A DNA stretch of 64,000 nucleotides. It comes from Lingula anatina (taxonomy: Eukaryota; Animalia; Brachiopoda). A program made the position numbers and the translations under genes. The DNA lies in assembly GCA_051362555.1 (NCBI GenBank), contig CM120641.1:46878401-46942400 (forward strand), given 5' to 3'. The notes beneath the pieces are model-generated. The model saw only the letters and a list, made by a program, of their open reading frames with translations, was not told the DNA's origin and ran no database searches. Positions 53,501 through 64,000 of the stretch are shown here, piece after piece; within the stretch, counting starts at the first letter, position 1, and the number at the start of each line of letters is the position of its first letter.

Positions 53501-55211
53501 ATCTCTGTAAAATTTCACCAGCTTAGTCTGGTATGAATAAAGCATATATATATCAACCAACGTAGCTGGTCACTGTTATTGTCGAACGCTAAAAATACGA
53601 TGATTTAAATGATTTTTGTAGATATCGGGATCTGCGAGTCTCCCAGACTTCCCAGTCACGCCTAACCATTGGGGTTTCGGCGTGCAGCTTACTGGTCTGT
53701 TTGCCTGCCATAGTTGCAGGCAAATAGCAGAGTGTAAAACGAATATTTGCATATTTGCACATGTAGACATAATACGGGTTACGCTTCTCACACAACAGTG
53801 AAGGATTATAGATCATTATAGCAGCGTCAAATACGAAGGTGCAAAACTACCACTAGAGAGGATTTCAGAGGTAAAAGGCGAGTTCCCAGGTAAAGATATA
53901 TCCAAGACAGTTTGCGTCTTAAGCGTGTCCCCAGGGGAATTAAGGTGGAGAGTTTGACCGAAATGCGCTTATTACTGACTACACATTCACATGGATAAAT
54001 GAATGGATGAATGAATGAACAAATGAATGAAATGAATAAAAGATGAACAACGACGTCAATTTTGCAATATAAGTCCTCACTCATTATCATTCCTAAATAT
54101 AGTTAAGGTCTGTTGACTTTGCATTAAATCTTAATCCACTCTGTGATCTCAATTTTAGATAGGTCTGATATAATTGTCTGCAATTCACCCAACAGAGAAA
54201 CCAATTATCCTTTCAAAGACTCAGTATCCACTCTATTTAAAATCGTCTTATTTTCTCTCAGAAATTATGTGCATGTAATATCGTCTGATTGCTTTGTACG
54301 GATTCAGCCAGTGTTTTCCATTTTGAGTAGTAATAATCAGTTCGTGAAGTTCCAATTTTTTAACAATGCGACTGTTGTTACGTGTACACAATGATGAGAT
54401 GGTGGATTGCGTCCATCTCACCTAACACATCTATGTCCATCTGGCGTTGACAATAACATTGTTTTTATCCACAAATTTCAACTTGATAGTATTTTTGCGT
54501 CAATTTGTAAAACGATAATAAAATTAGCCTTAAATTCAAAGTTGAGCCCTAACCATTTATTGCCTGTGGTTTCTAGTAATCTAGTAGTCAGTGAATTCCA
54601 GTAATCAGAAACTGCGATATTTCTTGTTTTCACTTCAGACTTTGGTAATTAGAACCTGCTGGGTGATGGTCGTAATCAAAGCACTGTTTTAAATGTTTTC
54701 TTGTTTTCGAAATCTTGGTCAACGATTGTCTTATCGAGGCTCCATCTTGAATATTATAAACATATGTTCTTGAGTAACGTGTTGAAGTGACTCAGTATGA
54801 TAATAGTGCCACTGATTGCCGTAAAAGTAAGTTAATTTACATCCATAGAGTGACATATTAATCCACTGTAAAACAAATTCTAAGCTACTATCTGGGATAT
54901 ATGATAATACACCAATGTCTTAAGCGCTGAGATATATGTTCAGTTCTGAGTAAATAGTAATAGATAATTCGTAGCCATCTTTGAATCTGCCAGGCTTATC
55001 TGTTTTTGTCTAAATGAGAAAAGGTTATTCGAAGTGTAAGTTTGTCTTTCACATGTGCGCTTAAAAATAACTTTACGCGGAAAGCTCTTTCAATGACAGT
55101 TCTCGCAAAAACTTCGCACACAGCAGTGTTACTTTGTATTAAAAGGAATATATTTGTTGACTTGAGTTGTGATCAGTTCTACTTTTGATAATTGCTGCCT
55201 CCTCGATGTCG

Positions 55212-58200
55212 TTATCCCTGCAATCCCCTCTGTCTCCTCCAAATGGCATACGACAGACCGGCATACTGTCGGAGCTAAAAGAACAAAACCATCTTGTAGG
55301 CTATATACATGTTACAGTAGACAGACAAGTAGCCATATATCTTTATATATTTCAACATAGTTTATCATACTGAATTATGTTCTACAAAAATCCATATGCT
55401 GAAGAGGAAATAACTCCAGAAATACTGTGATATGACAATTAAAATTATTGTTACGTGCATCGACCCCCTTTTGTTTAGTTCAAAGCACGGGGCATACATT
55501 AATAAAAAAATAATTGAAATTAAAAATTATAGCAAAACGATAAAGTTAGCTAGATTTTACACGTACTTGGCATTCATTTCATATATGAATGTTAAGATCA
55601 GATTAAAAAAAGTGAAATTGGACTAGAATTCTTATTTGGGATACATCTGGTCAAGCCAGATTTACTTACAATGTCTGTGTATTGTGAGAAGAGACGTCTG
55701 AACTCGGTCATGTCGAAGTTCCTGAGGGCAGCCCGAATTTGCCGAGACAAAGAATTCAACTGTCTTCGCAGAGATCGTAACTCTGAAACAAATGAATATC
55801 AAAACATGTGACTACTGCTGCATGGTACAGTACCGGTGTGAATCACTTCATATACAAGCAACTTGTTGGTCTCCATGTCCCGGTCTTAAACAGTCATCGA
55901 TGTAGAAAAAAATTGTACCGCTAATAGAGAGAAAGCGTCACTTATAGCAGGCATTGAACCATCACATTACATGTACAAATGAATAAAACTTTGAGTACAA
56001 GGGTCTATATGTCTTAGTCCGATACAACTCACATATTTATGATTTATCTTTTAATTTTCCCAAAGGCTAGCATACGGCGTTTTTTACTGTTTTTATGTGT
56101 ACTGTTGACTCTAGTTGCAGGCCCCAGAGATGTACAGTGATATGATTAAATCTAATAAGAACAATGTATCCATTTTACACTCGGGATAAAACGTTTAACT
56201 TCATATTTATCATATACAACATTCGAGTAAGGAGAAGACACTTTTTTTAATTTATCATAGGCAACATGTTTCATAAAGCTAATCGAGTGGTATACATGAA
56301 CCCCTAGAGAGACCATGTACATAGAGGAAGACGCCTGAACTCCGTATCTCGGTGTTCTCAATAAGAAGGTCATAAGAACAGCTCACCTTCTCTCATTTGC
56401 TCCAAAGTGGGCGTAGTAGTGACCGGTGCTTGAGTAGTGGTCGGTGCCTTTGTGGTGACAGGTGGCTGTGTAGTGGTTGGTGTCTTTGTGGTGACAGGTG
56501 GCTGTGTAGAGACAGGTGCCTGAGTGGTGACAGGTGTCTGAGTGGTGACCGGTGCCTGGGTGGTGACAGGTGTTGTCGTCACTACTCTTGTGGTAGTCAG
56601 GTAAATGTAAACTGCAGCTGAGCTGTTAAGAGCAGGAGTGCCGCCGTCTGTTGCCACGACAGTCAGTGACAGTGTCGTGTTCTCAGTAATTTCATAAGCT
56701 GGCGCTAACAAAAAAAACTGACCGGTGCTAGAATTCAAGGAAACCAAATCACTGCTTGACGTAAGCGTGTACGTGACGACGGCATTTTCTCCTTCATCCA
56801 CGTCGCTTGCCACTACGTGTCCTATCACGCCGGCTGTGGTATCCGTATCCACGGTGAAGTTGTAGATGTCTACGGTGAAGACGGGTCTGTTGTCATTCAC
56901 ATCTTCCACTGTGACATACAGGTTGGAAGTGGCACTCAGCGGTGAGGACTGACGCCCGTCTGTGTCATCTTCAGCTGCTTTCAGAACCAACGTGTAATTG
57001 CTTTCAGTTTCGCGGTCCACGCTGGTGTTAAGACTTACGAGACCTGGGGTATATAACATTGCAATTAATAGAACTTTATCTACGTCATTAATTATTCGTC
57101 TTTGTTAGTTTCGCTTTCTTTTACATGTATCAACTGGAATCAAAATTTAAATCCCAATAATTTGGTAGTATATGTGTGCATAAAGTTTTCCCCGTCCCTC
57201 TCATTCGTCTGTAAATAATATTCCCGTTTCATCAAGCTATGTGTTACTGTAATTGTGTTAATAGCATGTGATCTGTCTTCGGTTAAGGAGTGACAAATAG
57301 ACACACATCTGTGACACTCTGCAAAACTATCAGCAACAATCTAAAGCTGGCTCCATCTAAAGCAAGGTGACGTGCTTCACATTATAGACATGATTAAAAT
57401 ATAAAATACACCTTAACACCCCAAAGCCATGCGTTTACTGACCTGTGTTGTCTATCTGAAATCTTCCTCCAGTGTTGCCGTTTTCAATGGAATACATGAT
57501 GGCGCCACCGTCTGGGTCTGAAGCACTCACCTGGTAGACGAAGGTACCGGGATCTGCAGACTCTGGCAACTGAAGGGAACAACAAACCGTAAATGTTACA
57601 TGTAAAAGGAATATATAGCCAGTTAAAAATAACAAAGAAACATATAAACGCCATTAATTGAACTTTTGTTACTCCTTTAAAAGATAAACTTCCGTTGTAA
57701 TTTCGAGACTCGCAAATTGTTTACAATAATATATACCAATATAAATCATGTGCTTTATTTCCTGTACATGTACATAAAAACAAGTATTAATATCAACCGG
57801 CCCACATTAAATCAAACAACACAAATATTCAGATACTCACCGAGGTTGTGTAGTTCACCTGGCTGAAGACGGGAGGGCGGTTCTTTCCTATCACAGTGAC
57901 TGTGACGGTGGCATAGCCGTTTAATGGCGGGATACCTCTATCAGTTGCCACCACGTGGAGAGTCTCCACCCGTGTACCGAAGACATCACGTGCAGCCGGC
58001 AGGACGCTGAGAGCACCCGAGGAAGCGTCGATCTCTAGGATATCACTCGGGGACTGAAGACTGTATGCCACCTCTGCGTTGATGCTGTCGTCGTCATCGG
58101 TGGCTCGAACAGTTAAAATAACCTGGTCATCTTGCACAAGGTCGGCAATGACAACTGTTACGTTGTAGGAATTATGTGAAAATGTTGGTGCATTGTCGTT

Positions 58201-59793
58201 GATATCCAGCACGTTGATCGTAATATCGACCGACGTCCTTCTTGGAGGAGACCCTTTGAATAAGAACAAACTCGTTTTATTCGATTTTTATATAAGTAGT
58301 CGGTAAGTCACTAGGTTATGACACACAATGAAATATTGCATAGTCGCTAACCCTCTTTGTTTTGTTTTAACAACCAAACAGCTAGTGTCATAATGAAATT
58401 GTTACATATTTCAGCAGACAGACGTTTCAATGAATTCTGTCCAGAAAGCATTTTCTACTGGTGCTTTCCATTTTTGTACAGAAATCAATTTCGACAATTA
58501 AAACGTCAGCGATACACGTTCAAAACATCGTATTCTACTAAGCGTATGTACGAATGTACAGTGTACGCATGCGCTAATTTACCGTCGTCAGTTGCCTGTA
58601 CAGCAATATTGTACGTCGCCGTGTCCTCCCTGTCTAAAGTACCCGTAGTGAGGATCTGGCCGTCCTCAGTTACAGTGAACATCTCAGTAGCCGACTGGAT
58701 TAAGGACAGATGGACATCTTGGTAGGTGTCGCCATCTGACGAGGATAACTAAAACCAAAAAGACTTTACTTCCAATTGTTTCTTAATTTTAAACATGCTT
58801 ATTGTTTAGTTTCTTTTAAAGTTAAAATTTTTATCTATTAGTCAGAGAACATACATCAGTGTTTCTCTAAAAATCTCTTCTGTTGATATCAAGGAATATA
58901 AATATTACCCCCTCCTCATCATCCATACAGATTAAATCGTCTTCAGAAAAAATATAAATTTGAGTGCTGCAGAGAAAGAAGGCACGAAAACCTTTTACAT
59001 AACTTTTAATCCAACTTTTTAAACAGGCTCCCTTATAAAGATTGTGTTAGATGATCTACCTGAGTGACAAAAGTTCCGGCTGGTTGACCTTCATATACAG
59101 ACAGGTGCGTGGAGTTGACCTCCAGCTGAGGGTCATACTCATTGACGTCACCAACTGTGATCACCACAGAGGCAATTGATGACAGAACATTCTGTCCACC
59201 GATTCCACCATCTCTAGCAATCACTGTCAGGTTGTACACGGACACACTCTCCTTGTCAAGGCTTGTTAGTAACGTGATGTCACCTGGGCAACGGGAAAAT
59301 TAAACAAGGCAGCAAAGCTGTCAAATGTACAGACAAAAACCAAAAAATAAAAACGCAGGAAATAGGATACTGTCAATTCTGATGAACTAATGTATTATGC
59401 TTACTGTAACTGCATAGCCAACATCAAATTCTTATTCTGCATAACATTGGATTAGGATGAAAGTAAAATGTGTATCAAGCATTAGACTAAGTTCCCATAC
59501 CTAGATCAATCTAACAGGATCAATGCAACTCCAAGGGGTTTCTCACTAAATTGCTTTCAGTTTGAGAGTCTTAGGATTCTGGCATGCCAGTTTCAGTAGG
59601 CGTGACAGACAACTAAGCCACTTACATTGATTGCAATTTAGTGAGAATTTCCATGGAGATAGATCGATCCACAGTTAGCGTGATAGGGTCTGGAAATAGT
59701 CCCTAAGGTGTCAGGCTGATAAGAGTTAAACTTGGGAAATGCCAGAATGAGGTACAGTGAAAATTACACACAAAAAAAAAATTGCTTAAACTC

Positions 59794-59879
<86 letters not shown>

Positions 59880-61702
59880 ATTAATATTTTATTTATTTTT
59901 TTTTTTTGGGGCTGTATGTCAATCCTAAGAATCATTCTTGTAACTTAACAAAATACAGAAAATGTTACAAAGTAAGAGTACAGGGCTCCTGGCAGATGGG
60001 AGTGATAAGTCACAACTTGAAAATGCCAGTATAGCACTCTATAAACCTGCATTGCCTCCAAAACAGAAAACAATCACACTGGTTTTCAAACACAAGCTGC
60101 GCACTTCTGTCTTATGAAACTTTTCACTAAGTTTACCTTTTGCGTATTATGAATATTCATCAGTTTTGTAAGTTTCAAGCCAAAAGGTAAAATGGTTTTC
60201 CACTTATCGTGTTATCGGTACTGCATATATGTTGGAAAAAGTGAAAAAACAGCATAAATTCCCTATAAGTGACCCGATCATGCTGATTTTCGAACTTGAC
60301 CTGCGTATTATGAATATTCATCAGTTCTGTAAGTTTCAAGCCAAAAGGTAAAATGATTTTCCACTTATCGTGTTATCGGTGCTGCATATATGCTGAAAAA
60401 AGTGAAAAAAACGCATAAATTCCCTATAAGTGACCCGATCATGCTGATTTTCGAACTTGACCTGCGTATTACGAATATTCATCAGTTCTGTAAGTTTCAA
60501 GCCAAAAGGTAAAATGATTTCCCACTTATCATGTTATCGGTGCTGCATATATGCTGAAAAAAGTGAAAAAACAGCATAAATTCCCTATAAGTGACCCGAT
60601 CATGCTGATTTTCAAACTTGACCTGCGTATTACGAATATTCATCAGTTCTGTAAGTTTCAACCCAAAAGAAACAAGACAGCACTGTTCTGAAATGGGTTT
60701 ATTTCCATTTTTAACACTTTCTTAACATAAAACAAAATAAACATTTTACTGCCATTTTTATATGTCCAACTAAGAAAATTGATGAGATGGGAAAAGTATC
60801 AATAGAACAGTGTTAAATGTCCAATTTCCTCCATTCTGAGATTCTGAACATAGTGGATGATTGAATATGACAAACTGCAATGATATGAGTTTATTTCCAT
60901 TTTTGACACTTTATTACACAATACATGATAACAAGTTTACCATGTTTTTTACATAATCAACTAACAATGTTGTAAAGATGCAGGAAATATCAAACAAACA
61001 CTTTTAGGCATCTTATTAGTTAAATAATGAGACTGTTAACATGCCTAATAATTGAATCTGAGGAAATGTGAAAAAACAGTATAACTTCTTAAGTAATGGC
61101 CCGATTATGCTTATTTTCGAACTCAACCTGCGTTTTAGTAAGATTGACCACTCCTGTGAGTATAATTACAATTGGCCAATCCGTTTTTCTTATATTGTGT
61201 TATCAGTGTTGCATTTATATTGAAAATAGTGAAAAAACAGCATAAATTACCTAAAAGTGACCCGATCATGCTGATTTTCGAACTTGACCTGCGTATTATG
61301 AATATTCATCAGTTCTGTAAGTTTCAAGTCAAAAGGTAAAATGGTTTTCCACTTATCGTGTTATCGGTGCTGCATACATGCTGAAAAAAGTGAAAAAACA
61401 GCATAAATTCCCTAAAAGTGACCCGATCATGCTGATTTTCGAACTTGACCTGCGTATTATGAATATTCATCAGTTCTGTAAGTTTCAAGTCAAAAGGTAA
61501 AATGGTTTTCCACTTATCGTGTTATCGGTGCTGCATATATGCTGAAAAAAGTGAAAAAAAAGCATAAATTCCCTAAAAGTGACCCGATCATGCTGATTTT
61601 CGAACTTGACCTGCGTATTATGAATATTCATCAGTTCTGCAAGTTTCAAGTCAAAAGGTAAAATGGTTTTCCACTTATCGTGTTATCGGTAAAAGTGCAC
61701 GG

Positions 61703-61733
<31 letters not shown>

Positions 61734-64000
61734 AGCGACGACGGCGACGGCGACGACAGACGCAGATGATGGCTATATGTACAGACACATCTGTGTCTGT
61801 ACATAAAAAGGATTAAAATAAGCAATATAGGCCTATATATAATTTGTGTAAAGGATGAAAATGAAATGATATAGTTTCTATTAAAAAGACGAGCAATTTG
61901 AGTTTCTTAAGAAATACCAGATACGAAATCAGGTTTTTTTTAAATAAACGTTCATGTATATTTATGTATGCATCTATGTAGTAGGTATATTTGCTGACAT
62001 GCACTCAAAGTAAATAGTGTATACCTACCAGACACCGGATTCAAGTAGAAAACGTTGCCAACATCCGGGTTAGTTATTTCAAATGTGACTACACTGCTGT
62101 CATTATCCTCTGCTTTCACAGTAATGATGACTTCATTGGTCCGAGTATCCTCAGGTACCTATATCGTGGGAGTGATATACCAGCAGTTATTACATGATAT
62201 GATAATATTGTTTTTTTTAATAAAACGGTGCGACATGCACATGATAATGCGTATTTAATATATATGAAGTTATGAAACCAACTGTCACAAAGAAGCATAT
62301 ATATATTTTTCTGCGGGAAACCGTGCCTGTATTAACCCATTCACGGCCAAACGTCACTTTTTAATACTGTTAGTGATACCTGAACAAAACCAGCTTGCTT
62401 TTGATGGAGTGTTACCTCTTAAGGTGTCTTATGATTTAAGAGATGAAATATACTTACTGCTTATAGTATTTACTTTACTACACACTTGATTTTTATTTCA
62501 AGTTGGCTTTTGTAGATGACAAAAAGGGTAATGCGACAAACATCATGGGAATATCCGATATACGATAAAGGGGAGGGGGATTCACTTTTGACCCAACCCC
62601 GCTGCGAAGAAAGGCATTTCAAAATAAATTCTACAGTATGAAGCACGTAAAACAGGCCAAAGTGGGTCTCAATGTATTTGTTCTTCCTTTTTAGGCAGAA
62701 AGAAAGACTTTAATCCAGTAGACTTTGGTCTATTAGGAGGGGTACGTACGACAACTTTCATTACGCTCATGTACATGCATAGCTAATTTTAATAAAAGAC
62801 ACACAATGACGCACTGTACCTCTATTCCATAGGATTGTTCGCTAAAGACTGGTGGATAGACGTTAGATGTCGCCACTTGCACAGTAAGACTCGTCGACGC
62901 GTTGTAGACTCCGTCAGATATCCACACATTGACACTGTAAGGACCGTCTAGGAGGTCCAGAGGTCTTAATACGCGAATAACTCCACTTTCGGAATTGATT
63001 CCAAACAAGCCGCCGACGTCACTCGTGATTGCATAGCGAATTGTCCCTAAGGAAATGATTACATTCATAATGTAGACAAGGTTTTTGACATTATAGAAGA
63101 AGAAAAGTAATAACTTACATTGTATATTGCATAGTGCAGTGTTTATTAGTAAAATGATTGTGGGCGAATTGATGCGCAGCTGTTACAAATTTGCGGATAC
63201 AATAAGAAACATTTATACATTTGGGTCTACAATCCATTATGAATATAAATAAGTCAAGAAAAACTTTGGATTGTCTGTGAAGAGAATTGATTGTTAAAAT
63301 CCAGAACAAAAAGTAGCCAATTACCTGTTGAATCGACATCGTAGGCATTCACAGCGTATATCTCCCTATTCACTGGAGTGTCCGCGGAGAGCAGAATGGG
63401 GCCAGTTTCTGGGGCTATCATTGGTGGGTTATCGTTGACGTCACCAACCGTCACCTCCACTTTGACGGAACCAGAGCGCCGCGGCGTTCCAGCGTCTACG
63501 GCGACAATTGTTATGTTATACAAGGCCTTTGTTTCTCTGTCTAATGGACCGGTAGTCCTGAGAACGGCGGTGCTCTCTTCCAGTGTAACGTTAAACGACA
63601 AAGTGGCGCCGTACAAGATAAAATAGAGAAGTTGTCCATTGTCGCCCGAGTCGATATCGGTTACACTCGTGCGAAGGACTGCTGTACCGCTCGGCGCGTT
63701 TTCTAACACAGTGATGGAATACTCGCTCTTTTCAAAAACTGGAGGGTTGTCATTGACATCAATTAAGAACACGGATACAATGGCCTCGGCGGATTTGGAA
63801 CCTGTTGGTGGACTGCCATTGTCTTCTGCAATAACTGTAAATTGATAGGAATTGACGCGTTCAAAGTCCAGTACCTCCGTGGTCCTGATGGCACCAGTTG
63901 TTCTATTGACACGAAAAGGAACGCTCTGACTGGGGTCAAGCGAGTAATGTATCGTCTGCCAGGTGTCAATGTCAGTTGCCGCAACATTCCCGACCTCAGT
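55212..64000 (-). CDS. Multi-cadherin-repeat protein (Fat/protocadherin-like ectodomain), 3' part; ~8 EC repeats, Thr/Pro stalk, helical C-terminus
   Basis: Exons ~63325-64000, ~62820-63047, 62029-62158, ~59060-59283, ~58582-58748, ~57841-58253, ~57443-57569, 56387-57043, 55670-55782 and 55212-55274 (TAA). Canonical DxNDNxP, LDRE, AxDxG and DxD motifs recur. The 5' end is outside the window. Confidence 0.9.
56410..56597 (-). repeat. Coding 18-nt tandem repeat encoding a mucin-like (PVTTQA)n stalk
   Basis: Translates as TTTPVTTQAPVTTQTPVTTQAPVSTQPPVTTKTPTTTQPPVTTKAPTTTQAPVTTTP. Confidence 0.92.
59491..59700. mobile_element. MITE-like element, diverged relative of 7571-7775
   Basis: Internal inverted symmetry (ttctcactaaattgc / gcaatttagtgagaa; tagatcaatc / gatagatcgatc) and similarity to 7571-7775. 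Confidence 0.6.
59798..59880. repeat. Poly-A followed by (AT)n microsatellite
   Basis: Directly visible. Confidence 0.95.
60141..61809 (+). mobile_element. Helentron/HINE-like non-autonomous element carrying a 161-bp satellite array
   Basis: 161-bp tandem monomers occur at 60141-60667 and ~61230-61690, with a diverged monomer at ~61060-61230. They are followed by a (GACGGC/GAC)n microsatellite (61700-61762), a 14-bp-arm palindrome tatgtacagacaca-tc-tgtgtctgtacata (61776-61805) and an A-tract. This is the modular layout of bivalve/insect HINE elements. The 5' boundary is uncertain. Confidence 0.82.

Noticed and set aside
53400-54045. LINE/SINE 3' tail remnants and an (ATGA)n tract
   Set aside because: Too degenerate to classify without a repeat library.
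55860-55970. tRNA or tRNA-derived SINE (B-box-like ggttcaatgcc on the minus strand)
   Set aside because: No A-box, cloverleaf or second copy is visible. No tRNA or rRNA gene was recognised anywhere in the window.
60141-61690. CRISPR-like array
   Set aside because: These are head-to-tail 161-bp monomers with no unique spacers or cas genes, in a eukaryotic intron.

Overview
This is AT-rich, intron-containing animal DNA, not prokaryotic. A mollusc-like lophotrochozoan origin is inferred from the repeat types. I reconstructed by hand four minus-strand protein-coding units. (1) A complete multi-exon WDR64-like WD40 gene (CDS ~1191-17031). (2) An intronless 288-aa orphan ORF with TATA/CCAAT elements (18692-19558). 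(3) A complete nidogen/entactin gene (CDS 24630-49270: NIDO, EGF, G2F, ~11 EGF, YWTD propeller, EGF). (4) The 3' part of a multi-cadherin-repeat gene (55212 to >64000) whose spliced reading frame ends in a Thr/Pro mucin-like stalk and a basic amphipathic helix, with no transmembrane segment. Introns carry a decayed ISL2EU-type transposon, several MITE families, a Helentron/HINE-like satellite-bearing element and microsatellites. The most notable observations are the apparently secreted TM-less cadherin, a strand-specific 15-nt CUAAC-containing motif repeated ~11 times near nidogen exons, and strong splice donors overlapping the start codon of the orphan ORF. All gene models are manual GT-AG reconstructions without transcript or database support. 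Most short ORFs in the supplied track are exon fragments or noise.
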